From positions 480,001 to 544,000 of the forward strand of contig CAVURN010000005.1 of the NCBI GenBank assembly GCA_963743915.1: a DNA stretch of 64,000 bases, written 5' to 3'. Of this stretch, positions 1-9,904 are shown piece by piece. Position 1 is the stretch's first letter. Each line of letters starts with the position of its first letter. The notes below the pieces were generated by a model. That model worked only from the letters and a program-made list of their open reading frames with translations, did not search any database and had not been told where the DNA came from. The translations under genes and the position numbers were made by a program. Source of the stretch: an uncultured Actinomycetota bacterium. GTDB taxonomy: Bacteria > Actinomycetota > Actinomycetes > JAHEKZ01.

Positions 1-1021
1 AGCTGCGCCCCCGCAGCAACGAGACTCCGGCTGCCATGGCACCGATCACCACGACCGCCAGCACGCCGGCGGCGAGCAGCGGCCCGCGTGACGACTCGTC
101 ACCGGCGGAGGTCTGAGTCGTCGGGCTCGTGGGGACCGGGAGCGTGATGGCATACAGAGGCTGGTCGACGCCCTCGGTGCCGACGACGACGGCGCGACCG
201 TTGGGCGTGTACGCGAGGGTCTCTCCCTGCGGCTGCAACGGCAGCGGATAGACGACGCCGTCATCGGCTCTCGTTCCCCCGGACAGGAATGCGTCTGCGT
301 CGAAGAGGAACAGCGAGGTGTACGTGCGCAACGCCACCTGTGACCCGTCCGGTGAAAGAGCGCCGTCGGTGACGAACATCGGCGCCGGACCCACCCGCTC
401 CAGCGTGGTCGTGGCACCGAACTCGGGCACCTCGGGGGTGGCGTAGATGCCGGCCCCCAGGGCTTCCTTGGTCACCACGTACATACGACCCTTCGCGTCC
501 ACGAAGAACGCCTCCGCGTTGTGCGCGCCGTCCGGGTACCGCAGCTCGACACGACGCCAGGGGACGTCCTGGACGCCGAGGTCCTCCGGTTCGGAGATGC
601 GGAAGGCGCGAATCACCCCGTACTGCGCGTCGTTGTCCCCGATGTCGGCGATCCAGAGCGCCGGGTCGCCGCTCTCGTCGGTGCCCGGCGACATCGCCTC
701 CCAGTCGCGGTTGTAGACGCTGCGGAGCGTGAGCTCGGCCACCGTCCGACCCGTGTCGTCGACGCCGTAGACGACCTGGCCGCCCTTGCTGTCGTTGACG
801 ATCCAGACGACGCCGGGGTGCAGGTCGCTGACGACCATGCCACTCGCCTCGTCGATCCGTGGGTCCTGGACGTTCGCCAGGCGCTCGGACGTCAAGTCGT
901 CGGGGTTGCCGGGGCTCGGCTCGCCGGTCGGTGGCAGCAGGAAGCCGGTGAGCGCCAGCACGCCGGCCGCCGGGAGTGCCAGTGCTCGCGTCGTGGAGCC
1001 GAAGGGCACCGCCAGCCGCAT
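1..1021 (-). CDS. Secreted or membrane-anchored beta-propeller-like protein, partial (runs off the left edge); in frame with the upstream MFS gene
   Basis: Manual translation: MRLAVPFG...DPRIDEASGMVVSDLHPGVVWIVNDS...DWEAMS...LWIADIGDND...YPDGAHNAEAFFVD...VTDGALSPDG...QGETLAY, with a hydrophobic N-terminal segment and a C-terminal TM segment (LLAAGVLAVVVIGAMAAGVSLLR). It is absent from the ORF track because no stop occurs before position 1. Confidence 0.75.
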   Translation of the reverse strand, partial: MRLAVPFGSTTRALALPAAGVLALTGFLLPPTGEPSPGNPDDLTSERLANVQDPRIDEASGMVVSDLHPGVVWIVNDSKGGQVVYGVDDTGRTVAELTLRSVYNRDWEAMSPGTDESGDPALWIADIGDNDAQYGVIRAFRISEPEDLGVQDVPWRRVELRYPDGAHNAEAFFVDAKGRMYVVTKEALGAGIYATPEVPEFGATTTLERVGPAPMFVTDGALSPDGSQVALRTYTSLFLFDADAFLSGGTRADDGVVYPLPLQPQGETLAYTPNGRAVVVGTEGVDQPLYAITLPVPTSPTTQTSAGDESSRGPLLAAGVLAVVVIGAMAAGVSLLRGRS

Positions 1022-2299
1022 CCCTGGACGCACGGACTCCAGATCTGCCGGTTCGGCGATGTGCAGGTGCGGACGCGGACGCAGGTGGGCGCGCACGGTC
1101 AGGCCGCCTTGGCGCAACCGGATGCCCGCGACGGCGAGGGCGGCGAGCGCGGACACGATTCCCCCCAACGCGATCGACCAGCGGGGACCGAAGGTCTCGG
1201 CGACCCATCCGACGAGCGGGCTGCCGAGGGGCGTCCCGCCCATGAAGAGCAGCGTATAGATGCCGAGGACACGTCCACGCAGCTCTGGTTCGGAGTTGAG
1301 CTGAAGGAACGACTGCGCGGCGTTGATCAGGGTCAGGGCACCGACCCCCACCAGTGGCAGCGCCAGGACGAACGCCAGGTAGGTCGGCATCAGCGACACC
1401 GTGACCGCAGCCGCTCCGAAGGCGAGCGCGGCGAGCACCACCAGTCGCACGCGAGGGGCGCCACGGCGAGCAGCTGCCAGCGAGCCAGCGAGCGAGCCGA
1501 CGGCGAGCACTGTGGACGCGACGCCGAATGCGGCGGCACCCAGGCCGAACTCGACGGTGACCATGGAGGCGATGGTCAGCTGGAAGTTGAGCCCGAAGGT
1601 CCCCACGAAGAAGGCGATGGCGAGGACCAGCATCAGGTCAGGACGCGAGCGCACGTACGCAAGGCCCTCGCGCAGGTTGCCTCCGTCGCGCGTGGGCACT
1701 GCCGGAGTGAGCAGGTCGGCGTGACGGATCCGACTCAGGGCGAGCACCACGGCGGCGTAGCCCAGCGCGTTGATGACGAACACCCACCCCGTCCCGACCG
1801 CCGCGATCAGCAGACCGGCGACAGCCGGCCCGAAGACGCGTCCGAGGTTGAACGAGGCTGTGTTCAGGGCGACGGCGTTCGGCAGGTCGTCGACGTCGAC
1901 CATCTCGGAGACGAACGCCTGGCGGGCCGGGCTGTCGAGTGCCGCCACGGACCCCACCACGAAGGCCATCACCATCACCAGCGTCACGGTGGCGAGACCG
2001 GTGAGGACGAGGGCCCCGAGGACGAGGGCGAGAGTGGCCATCAGGGTGCCGGTGACCATGAGCAGGCGGCGCCTGGGGAACCGGTCGGCCAGGCCCCCGC
2101 CCCAGAGGCTGAACAGCAGCATCGGCAGGAACTGCAGGCCCACGGCGATGCCCAGGGCGGTGGGCGAGCCGTCGGTGAGCTCGAGCACCAACCAGTCCTG
2201 CGCGACCCGCTGCATCCAGATGCCGACGTTGGCCAGCAGCTGACCGCTCGCGTACAAGCGGTAGTTGCGGACCTGCAGGGAACGGAAGGTGGGGCTCAC
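1022..2299 (-). CDS. MFS transporter (MFS_3 / H+ antiporter-like)
   Basis: GTG overlaps the MarR stop; VSPTFRSLQVRNYRLYASGQLLANVGIWMQRVAQDW...LFMGGTPLGSPLVGWVAETFGPRW; multiple TM helices. No stop codon before the downstream domain. Confidence 0.9.
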
Positions 2300-2778
2300 T
2301 CGCTGACCAGTTCCTCCAGGATCGGGATGACCTCACGCAGGGCACGCCGCTTGTCGGGGGCGAGCGCGGCCAGGCGCTGCGCCAGCCAGGCCTCGCGGCG
2401 TCGGCGGTCGGTCTTCAGAAGTGCACGCGCCTCGTCCGTCACCTCGACGAGCACCTGGCGTCCGTCGGTGGGGTGCGGCGTCCGCAGCACCAGACCTTGG
2501 TCGACGAGGCCGGCGAGGATACGGGTCATCGACGGCGGCTTGACCCGCTCGAGCGTGGCCAGGTGGCCCGGGGTGGTGGGCCCGGAACGCTCCAGGGACG
2601 CCAGGGCGGACATCTGGGTGAGGCTGAGGTCGAAGTCGGCCCGCTCGCTGCGCAGCCGCCGGGCGAGCCGCATCACGGCGATGCGCAGGTCTCCCGCCAG
2701 CGGGGACGCGGGGCGTGCCGGCGCGCGTTCGACGGACTCGGCGGGCACGGGTCGGGTGGCGGTGGGGGCTGCTGGCAT
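2296..2778 (-). CDS. MarR family transcriptional regulator
   Basis: LRIAVMRLARRLR...LSLTQMSALASL...TPGHLATLERVKPPSMTRILAGL...RTPHPTDGRQVLV winged-helix motif. Confidence 0.93.
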   Translation of the reverse strand: MPAAPTATRPVPAESVERAPARPASPLAGDLRIAVMRLARRLRSERADFDLSLTQMSALASLERSGPTTPGHLATLERVKPPSMTRILAGLVDQGLVLRTPHPTDGRQVLVEVTDEARALLKTDRRRREAWLAQRLAALAPDKRRALREVIPILEELVSE

Positions 2779-2794
2779 GTCGTTAGCATAACTC

Positions 2795-2809
2795 ATTACC
2801 TCAGGTAAT
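2795..2809. promoter_or_regulatory. Candidate MarR operator (ATTACCT-C-AGGTAAT)
   Basis: AT-rich perfect 7-bp inverted repeat immediately upstream of the marR-MFS operon. Confidence 0.55.
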
Positions 2810-4029
2810 CATTCCCCCGATTCGGTGACGCCCGACCCTCCGCGCTCGAGCAGCAGCTCCAGGTACGGACGCACCTGCCACTCCGACACCAGGCGGCGGT
2901 ACTCCGCGTCCTGCTCGACGGTGGGCGGCACACCGGTGCGGTGGGCCCGCAGCAGCACGTTGCGTGGAGTGTGCTGGCTGTCGACGAACTCCACGACGTC
3001 CGTGCGGTAGCCGGAGCGGCGCAGCAGGTGCACCCGGAGGGCATCGGTGAGCAGGTCGCCCCACCGTTCACGCAGCAGCCCGTGCCGCGTCACGAGGTCG
3101 TACGGTTCCGGGGCCTGCGCCCGGCGCAGCTGACGCTGGAGGTCGTGGTGGCAGCAGGGAGCCGCAAGGACGAGGTCGCTCCGCCAGCCGATGGCCCGCG
3201 CCAACGCCTCGTCGGTGGCCGTGTCGCAGGCGTGGAGCGCCAGGGCGACGTGGACCGGGGTGGTGACCTCGGCGTCCGCGATCGTGCCCTCGACGAAGCG
3301 GACGTCGTCGGACCAGCCGAGCCGCTGCGCCATCTCGGTGTTGTGCCGACGCGCCTGCTCCTTGACGTCGACGCCCACCATCTCGACCGACAGTCCGAGG
3401 GCCGAGGTCAGGTGCCGGTACGCGGCGAAGGTCAGGTAGGCGTTGCCGCACCCCAGGTCCACGACGCGCAGCCGGGCCGCCGACAGCCGCCCGGCATCGC
3501 GCGCCTCGCGCACGGAGGCGTCGAGCAGCCGCACGAACTCCTCGACCTGGCGGTACTTGTCGGTGCGGGACGGCTTGATCCGCCCGCTTCCGTCGGTGAT
3601 CCCGAGCTCGTGCAGGAACGGTTCACCGGTGTCCACCAGCCGCGACTTCGTGCGGTCGTGGACGACGTCCTGCGCGTGGGCCGTGGCCGAGCGCGTGACC
3701 AGCACGCGACCTGACTTGGTCACGCGGTAGCCCAGCTCGCCCTCGGTGGTCGCGACGTGCCAGTGACCGAGCGGCTCGGCCAGCAGGGCGTCCACCGCAG
3801 CAGCCGCGCCGGCGCCCCACGGGTGGTTCTGCGTGAACGCCTGACGTTCGTCGTGGGTGACGACCTGCAGATGGGGTCCCCCCTTGATCACAACGGGACG
3901 CAGCTCGACCCTGCGCCAGCGTGGTTGCTGACCTTTGAGGGCGCCCCCCGCCGTCGCGCGCACCAGATGGTCGGCGTCCAGCAGCCGCTGGCGGACCTCG
4001 GCAGCCGCGTTGGCGAGGTCGTCGGACAC
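2809..4029 (-). CDS. Class I SAM-dependent methyltransferase (Methyltransf_32-like)
   Basis: VVDLGCGNAYLTF, LALHACDTATD, APCCHH and EFVDSQHTPRN motifs. Confidence 0.88.
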   Translation of the reverse strand: MSDDLANAAAEVRQRLLDADHLVRATAGGALKGQQPRWRRVELRPVVIKGGPHLQVVTHDERQAFTQNHPWGAGAAAAVDALLAEPLGHWHVATTEGELGYRVTKSGRVLVTRSATAHAQDVVHDRTKSRLVDTGEPFLHELGITDGSGRIKPSRTDKYRQVEEFVRLLDASVREARDAGRLSAARLRVVDLGCGNAYLTFAAYRHLTSALGLSVEMVGVDVKEQARRHNTEMAQRLGWSDDVRFVEGTIADAEVTTPVHVALALHACDTATDEALARAIGWRSDLVLAAPCCHHDLQRQLRRAQAPEPYDLVTRHGLLRERWGDLLTDALRVHLLRRSGYRTDVVEFVDSQHTPRNVLLRAHRTGVPPTVEQDAEYRRLVSEWQVRPYLELLLERGGSGVTESGE

Positions 4030-4046
4030 CCGCCTACTGTCTCACC

Positions 4047-5018
4047 ATGGAGTACACCCACCTCGGACGCACCGGACTGCAGGTCTCCCGACTCTGTCTC
4101 GGGACCATGAACTTCGGGCCGCAGACGAGCGAGCCGGACTCGTTCACCGTGATGGATCGGGCCTTGGACGCCGGCATCAACTTCTTCGACACCGCCAACG
4201 TGTACGGCTGGGAGATGGGCAAGGGCGTCACGGAGCAGATCGTCGGACGGTGGTTCGCGCAGGGGGGCGGACGCCGCGACAAGGTGGTGCTCGCCACCAA
4301 GCTCTACGGCTCGATGAGCGAGTGGCCCAACGACACGTTCCTCTCGGCGCGCAACATCAGGCGCGCCTGCGACGCCTCCCTGCAGCGGCTGCAGACCGAC
4401 TGGATCGACCTGTACCAGATGCACCACGTCGACCGGAGCACGCCGTGGGAGGAGATCTGGGAGGCGTTCAGCGTCCTGCGGCAGCAGGGCAAGGTGCTCT
4501 ACTTCGGTTCGTCGAACTTCGCGGGATGGCACCTGGCACAGGCGCAGGAAGCCGCACAGCGCCTGGGGATGCTCGGCCTGGCCAGTGAGCAGTCGATCTA
4601 CAACCTCGCCGTTCGCACCGTCGAGCTCGAGGTGCTTCCGGCGGCGCGCCACTACGGGATCGGCGTCATCCCGTGGTCACCGCTCTTCGGCGGCGTCCTC
4701 GGCGGGATCCTGGAGAAGGCTCACGAGGGCCGGGCGGTCGGTGAACGCACGCAGGAGCGGCTCGGTGACCGTCGGCCGCAGGTGGAGCAGTACGAGGCGT
4801 TCTGTCGCGAGTTCGGCGAGCCACCCGCCGACGTCGCCGTGGCGTGGCTTCTGGCGCAGGACGGCGTCACGGCGCCGATCATCGGACCGCGCACCGTCGA
4901 GCAGCTCGACGGCAACCTGCGGGCTCTCGAGGTGACGCTCGGGGCAGATGCGATGGCCCGGCTGGACGAGATCTGGCCCGGCCCGGGAGGAACCGCCCCC
5001 GAGGCCTACGCCTGGTGA
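4047..5018 (+). CDS. Aldo/keto reductase
   Basis: LGRTGLQVSRLCLGTMNFG, FFDTANVYG, LATK, SLQRLQTDWIDLYQMH, PIIGPRT. Confidence 0.95.
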   Translation: MEYTHLGRTGLQVSRLCLGTMNFGPQTSEPDSFTVMDRALDAGINFFDTANVYGWEMGKGVTEQIVGRWFAQGGGRRDKVVLATKLYGSMSEWPNDTFLSARNIRRACDASLQRLQTDWIDLYQMHHVDRSTPWEEIWEAFSVLRQQGKVLYFGSSNFAGWHLAQAQEAAQRLGMLGLASEQSIYNLAVRTVELEVLPAARHYGIGVIPWSPLFGGVLGGILEKAHEGRAVGERTQERLGDRRPQVEQYEAFCREFGEPPADVAVAWLLAQDGVTAPIIGPRTVEQLDGNLRALEVTLGADAMARLDEIWPGPGGTAPEAYAW

Positions 5019-5224
5019 CGGCGCAGCCATGCGTCACGGGTGAGGCGGAGCCAGTCGAGTGTGCGCAGCCACTCGACGCCCACGGGCAGCACCCGGGGGA
5101 CACCGGCAGCCTGGCGGGCAGCGCCAGAGCACTCGGCGGGCCTAGAGACCGCGGCCAGGACCACGACCGCCACGAAGACGAGCAGCGCCAGCGGCACCAC
5201 CCAGCGACGGGTCCTCGGGTCCAT
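5006..5224 (-). CDS. Small membrane peptide; only the N-terminal ~28 aa look genuine
   Basis: MDPRTRRWVVPLALLVFVAVVVLAAVS is a single TM helix starting just downstream of the thpR stop; the C-terminal part is uninformative. Confidence 0.35.
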   Translation of the reverse strand: MDPRTRRWVVPLALLVFVAVVVLAAVSRPAECSGAARQAAGVPRVLPVGVEWLRTLDWLRLTRDAWLRRHQA

Positions 5225-5234
5225 GCGATCGAGC

Positions 5235-5765
5235 CTAGGCGAACGGAATCTCGGCCAGGACCTCGTGCTTCGGCTGCGCGCCCGGTGTACTTCTCACGAG
5301 GACGATGTGGTCGACCGACCAGGAAGCCTGCACGGTTCCGAGTGCTTCGACCAGCGGCCGAAGGTCGGTGGGACGACGCGCCCGAGCCAGTGTCACGTGC
5401 GGGCGGTAGCGGGCTTCCGGCACCTCCAGCCCACAGCGACGACTGGCCGCGGCGGTGCGGTCGGCCAGGCGCCGGAGCGCGGCAAGCTCTCCGGTGACGC
5501 GGCCATGGACGATGCGCTGCCCGAATCGCGCTGCACCGTCGATCCGCACCTCGAAGGGCTCGGTGCGCGCCGCGGCACGGCGCAGTCGAGCGACGAGTCC
5601 TTCGACCCGATCCTCGGGCAGCTCTGCCAGAAAGGTGAGGGTCAGGTGCCAACGTTCGGGCGACGTCCAGGCAACCTCAGGACACGACTCCCGCACCGGG
5701 GCCACCGCGCGGTCCAACGTGCTGCGCACCGGCTGGGGCACCTCGACGGCCACGAACGCACGCAC
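5235..5765 (-). CDS. thpR: RNA 2',3'-cyclic phosphodiesterase (2H phosphoesterase)
   Basis: VRAFVAV start; two HxT motifs (WHLTLTFL, PHVTLAR). Confidence 0.92.
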   Translation of the reverse strand: MRAFVAVEVPQPVRSTLDRAVAPVRESCPEVAWTSPERWHLTLTFLAELPEDRVEGLVARLRRAAARTEPFEVRIDGAARFGQRIVHGRVTGELAALRRLADRTAAASRRCGLEVPEARYRPHVTLARARRPTDLRPLVEALGTVQASWSVDHIVLVRSTPGAQPKHEVLAEIPFA

Positions 5766-5799
5766 CGGACCTCCCTCCGCCTCGGCTATCGTCCCCGAC

Positions 5800-6039
5800 A
5801 TGGGCACCCCCGCGCGCCAGGTGGCGCCGCTCGACGTCGACGCCGTGCGCACCGTGCAGGTGGGGACCGTTCTCTGGGCCGGCGCCCTGGTCGTCGCGCT
5901 CGTGCTGCGGGAACGGCTGTCCGACGACGGGCACCAGTGGTGGATCTGGACGTGTGTGGCGGGCGTCCTGCTCGGTCTGGCGGGCATCGTCATCACCACG
6001 CGGCGCCGACGTCGGCTCGCCCGCGCTCAGGCGTCGTAG
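5800..6039 (+). CDS. DUF2530 family membrane protein
   Basis: APLDVDAVRTVQVGTVLW...WWIWTCVAGVLLGLAG; two TM helices. Confidence 0.85.
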   Translation: MGTPARQVAPLDVDAVRTVQVGTVLWAGALVVALVLRERLSDDGHQWWIWTCVAGVLLGLAGIVITTRRRRRLARAQAS

Positions 6040-8960
6040 AACCGCTCGACCCGGTCGATCCCCTCGACCGCCGGTTGCGCGAGCCGCGCCGCCAGCTCGA
6101 AACGCCGGTGCCACTGGCCGCCTGACCAGGCGAGTGCTCGGGCCAGGCCGTCCAACGTCACCGCGTGGACCTCGCCGTCGTCGGCCACCCACCAGTCCAC
6201 CTCTGTGCCGCCGACCTCGAGCTGGTCGTGCTCGCGGTAGACCGTCGGCCACCCGCCGTGCACGGGCAGCGCCGGAACGGCCTGCCGCGTGCCGCCGGTG
6301 AGAGACGCCCCGCATCGGGCGTCGTCGCTGGTGTCCAGGTCGAGCACGTCGGCAAGACGAGGAGGCCCGGGAACGTGCGGCGTCCGCAGCACCAGCGCGT
6401 GGTGCGGCGCGACGGCGACCACCACCTCGGCGGCGTCCACGACGCGCGTCTGACCCTCGACCACCGCCCGCACCCGCTCCGGCGGCTCGGGCAGCTCGTC
6501 GACGTCGGCGAGCACCCGGCACACCTCCACGAGCAGGTCCCTGTCGACCGCGACGTCCTCGTCGGCGAGCATCTCGAGCAGCTCGTCGACCCCGTCCGGC
6601 GTCGACACCCAGTCCTCCAGCGTCGTGTGGACACCCAGTGCCCGCAGCAGGCCGTCGTCGGTACCGGGGGGACGCGCTGCCACGGGGAAGAACGCGGCGA
6701 GCCGGTCGTCGCCGGAGAGCCGGACCTCGACGGGGCAGCGGCCCTCGAGCAGAGGTGCCTCGTGGAGCCACCACGCAGAGGGCGACGGCACGGCGACGCG
6801 ACGTCCGTCGGCGGTGAGAATCAGGGTGTCCGTGGTGATGGCGCCACGCACGTCCGGCTCGGCGAGCAGTCCGAAGGCCTCGGCCGCGCCGCCGAGCAGC
6901 TCGACTCCGCGCACCACCGTCACCTCGAGGGCGAGCAGCTCCCCCGGATCGTCCGCACCCACCCGGTCGGCCACCGAGAGGCACCAGCTGCCTCCGTCGG
7001 CGACCAGTCCGTCCCACACATCGGGGTCGAGCGGCTGCTCGTGCAGCGTCACCGGGACCAGCCCTGCCAGGACTCCAAGGGCAGCCCAACCCCCAGTCGC
7101 GCGCGCCTGGGCGGACGCCAGACGTGGCACGTCCGCACCCACCACCTGGTCGAGCTGCGAACCGGGCAGCACGACGGACGCCGCACGCTCCCATCCGCCA
7201 CTCTCCACCGGAACCGGGACCTCGCCGAGCGAGGCGAGCCCACCCGGACCGACGCCCGCCTCGGCGAGCAGCCGAGCTGCCGCCACCAGCATCGAGCGCG
7301 CTCGATCCTCATCGTGTGCCACGGCGTCCTCGACGCGGCGGACGAATGCGGTGTCGAGCACCGCGGCGACGTCGAAGGGCCGCGCTCCCAGGCGGGTCAG
7401 CAACCGGTGGGACGCCTCTTCCGCCACCACCTCCGCACCGAGCAGGCTGAGCGTCTCGGCGTGTCCCTCCGGCTGCACGACACCGCGCGCACCGCGCACG
7501 ACTCGACCGTCGGCCAGCGGCACGGGGATGCCCTCGAGCATCGTCGCGTCCAGCGTCTCGGCCGCGTCATAGACGGCGTGCCAATCCGCCGGTGAGATCG
7601 GCAAGGTGGCCGCGACGTCCCAGATCTCGGCCAGGGACCGCTCCTCCAGACCCAGGCCCCGCAGCACCGTGAGGTGCGGGTACCAGTCGGGGTGCAGCAG
7701 GTCGAGGAGGTGCGGCGCGAGCGCCCGCACCAGACCGGCGTCGGCCGGGGCGAGCGCCACCACCTCGTGCAGCTGGACGAGGCGGGCGTCCTGGGCCCGC
7801 ATGACGAGCGGATGGCGTCGGAGCCACTCCCGGACGCCGTCACGGAGGGCGTGGTCGAGCCACCCCACCATCGTCCGCGGCCCGGGGATCAGCGCGGCCG
7901 CTGCGTCCGGCCCGTGGCTCCGGGCGGACTCGACCACAGCGGAGCCGTAGGCGACGACCAGCGCCGCGATGACCTCGTCGGCGTCCTCGCCCTCGACCAC
8001 GTGACGTCGGGTGGCGTCCAGCGGCAGGTCGGCGACGACGAGCACCGGCAGGTCGAGCGGGTCGTCCGTGGGGGTCGGTGCGTGCGCCACGCGCGCCACC
8101 GAGGCCGGGAGTGGCACCGGCACACCCTCGGCCGTCACGGGAACCGCGATGGTCGCCTGGTTCTGCCCGCGCAGCAGCGGACCGGCCGGCAACGGCTGCT
8201 CCTGCTCCTCGGACGGCTCGCCGCCGACGGTTCGGATCCACCAGTGGCGCGCCGTTCCGTCCTCCACGACGACCGTCGGCGACCGGTCACGGGACACCTG
8301 CCAGTGGTGCCGCTCGCCGTCGATCTCGACGACGACCTCGTCGAGATGGAGCAGGGCGAGCAGCAGCGCGTCGTCGATCTCCCGGACCGACGCCTCCGCC
8401 ACCCGGCGGGCAGCTGCGTCCCGCCAGGGCAGCACCACCGCGGTGTCGTATCCCGGGGGCGGAGGAACGTCGGTCGGGAAGGGCAGGCGCAACGCAGGCA
8501 CCGCATCGGAATGTCGTTCGCAGCGGGCCGCCACCCGCGTGGCCTCACGGTCGAACCGGACTCCGCCGTTGCGTGAGCGCACCTCCGGTGCGTCGGTCAC
8601 TGCGAGCACCGCGGCGAACCCCACGCCGAACCGTCCTACCGCGCCGGTCTCCTTGTTCGAGGCCCGCATGGCGGCCAGCGACTCCACCCCAGCACGGTCG
8701 AGGGGAGCTCCGGAGTTCGCCGCCGTGAGGCCGTCGGCGTCCAGTCGCAGCAGCAGCCGGCCGGGGACGCCTGCCGCGCGGGCGGCGTCCGCGGCGTTCT
8801 GCGCGAGCTCGACGACGAGACGGTCGCGGTAGGCACCGAGCGCGTAGTCCTGCTCGACGTTGGCGTCCTCGCGCAGTCGCGTGGGGGACGCGGTCCACGC
8901 GTCGAGCACCGCAGCGCGCAGGGCCGCAGTGTCGAACGGGTCAGGCGTCGACGGGCTCAA
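6027..8960 (-). CDS. Sacsin-N-like GHKL ATP-binding protein
   Basis: YRDRLVVELAQNAADA, ANSGAPL and GRFGVGFAAV GHKL motifs; usual neighbour of DUF3027 in actinobacteria; start approximate. Confidence 0.85.
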   Translation of the reverse strand: MSPSTPDPFDTAALRAAVLDAWTASPTRLREDANVEQDYALGAYRDRLVVELAQNAADAARAAGVPGRLLLRLDADGLTAANSGAPLDRAGVESLAAMRASNKETGAVGRFGVGFAAVLAVTDAPEVRSRNGGVRFDREATRVAARCERHSDAVPALRLPFPTDVPPPPGYDTAVVLPWRDAAARRVAEASVREIDDALLLALLHLDEVVVEIDGERHHWQVSRDRSPTVVVEDGTARHWWIRTVGGEPSEEQEQPLPAGPLLRGQNQATIAVPVTAEGVPVPLPASVARVAHAPTPTDDPLDLPVLVVADLPLDATRRHVVEGEDADEVIAALVVAYGSAVVESARSHGPDAAAALIPGPRTMVGWLDHALRDGVREWLRRHPLVMRAQDARLVQLHEVVALAPADAGLVRALAPHLLDLLHPDWYPHLTVLRGLGLEERSLAEIWDVAATLPISPADWHAVYDAAETLDATMLEGIPVPLADGRVVRGARGVVQPEGHAETLSLLGAEVVAEEASHRLLTRLGARPFDVAAVLDTAFVRRVEDAVAHDEDRARSMLVAAARLLAEAGVGPGGLASLGEVPVPVESGGWERAASVVLPGSQLDQVVGADVPRLASAQARATGGWAALGVLAGLVPVTLHEQPLDPDVWDGLVADGGSWCLSVADRVGADDPGELLALEVTVVRGVELLGGAAEAFGLLAEPDVRGAITTDTLILTADGRRVAVPSPSAWWLHEAPLLEGRCPVEVRLSGDDRLAAFFPVAARPPGTDDGLLRALGVHTTLEDWVSTPDGVDELLEMLADEDVAVDRDLLVEVCRVLADVDELPEPPERVRAVVEGQTRVVDAAEVVVAVAPHHALVLRTPHVPGPPRLADVLDLDTSDDARCGASLTGGTRQAVPALPVHGGWPTVYREHDQLEVGGTEVDWWVADDGEVHAVTLDGLARALAWSGGQWHRRFELAARLAQPAVEGIDRVERFYDA

Positions 8961-9831
8961 CGGCCGGCGCCTCTGCCGCATCCGGCACCTCGACGGCATC
9001 CGTCGCATCGACAGCATCCGTCGCCTCGACCGTCTCGACCTCGACAGCGTCCGGCACCTCGACGGTCTCGAAGCCGACCTCGTCGATCACCGGTGCCGGC
9101 CGGTCGGCCATGGTCGGGACGACTACCGCCTCGGAGTGGGCGCCGCATCCGAAGTCGAGGGCCACGACGTGCCCGTCACTGGGCGACAGCTCGTTGGCGC
9201 ACAGCCCGAAGGCGTGTCCCAGGCGGCCATGCACCGGCAGCCGGAAGCCGCAGGTGGCACAGCGGGCGGGGGCCGCCTGCGCCATGGGGGCGTCGGGGCC
9301 GTGCTCACCGGCCTGCCAGCGATCCACCGCGTCGTCGATGCCGATCGGGCTGAGCACGCGGGGACGCACCAGGTCGAGCTCGACGGCGACCGCCAGCCCC
9401 ACCTCGGCGTCAGGGTCGTCGATCTCGTCGTCACCGCTGCTGATCGCCCCCGCGTTCCATCCGGGTTCGAGCCGCGGGTCGTCCTCGTCGGTGGGCAGCA
9501 GGTCGCCCACGCCCAGGTCACCGGGGCGCAGCCGCTCGGTCCACGGCACCCACGCCGGTGGGAGCAGGGCTTCCGGACCCGGCAGCAGCACGGTCTCGCC
9601 CACGGTGACGGTGCGGGCCCGCGAGGCGCGCATGACCGTCACCGCCCAGCGCCACCCGCGGTATCCCGGCATGTTGGCGGCGAACAGGTGGGCGACCACC
9701 CGGTCACCGTCCGCCTCGACTCCGAGGTGCTCGCCGACCGTTTCCGGGTCGACGCTCTCCAGGAGGGCCGCGCGCGCGGCGTCCACCGCCTCGGCGCAGA
9801 CGGCGTCCGGCACGGCTCGCTTGGCGGTCAT
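8941..9831 (-). CDS. DUF3027 family protein
   Basis: GYRGWRWAVT, LLPPAWVPWTERLRPGDLGVGDLL, CATCGF...FGLCAN...DGHVVALDFGCGAHSE. Confidence 0.92.
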   Translation of the reverse strand: MTAKRAVPDAVCAEAVDAARAALLESVDPETVGEHLGVEADGDRVVAHLFAANMPGYRGWRWAVTVMRASRARTVTVGETVLLPGPEALLPPAWVPWTERLRPGDLGVGDLLPTDEDDPRLEPGWNAGAISSGDDEIDDPDAEVGLAVAVELDLVRPRVLSPIGIDDAVDRWQAGEHGPDAPMAQAAPARCATCGFRLPVHGRLGHAFGLCANELSPSDGHVVALDFGCGAHSEAVVVPTMADRPAPVIDEVGFETVEVPDAVEVETVEATDAVDATDAVEVPDAAEAPAVEPVDA

Positions 9832-9904
9832 CAGGGTCACGGTCAGCAAGGGTAGCCTCGTGCCCCGGCACCTCCACCCTTCGCCTCATCGGGAGCCTGT
9901 CCAC

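Noticed and set aside
521-2791. 756-aa plus-strand ORF, and similar long ORFs such as 11258-13018, 22277-23893, 27695-29209, 38834-40390, 45072-47069 and 50564-53614
   Set aside because: These are antisense or off-frame shadows of real genes; high-GC codon bias removes stops, and the translations have no recognisable motifs.
8960-9070. Short repeats (TCCGGCACCTCGACGG twice; VEVPDA/DATDA) at the DUF3027 3' end
   Set aside because: They encode a low-complexity acidic tail inside a CDS and have no spacer structure, so this is not a CRISPR array.
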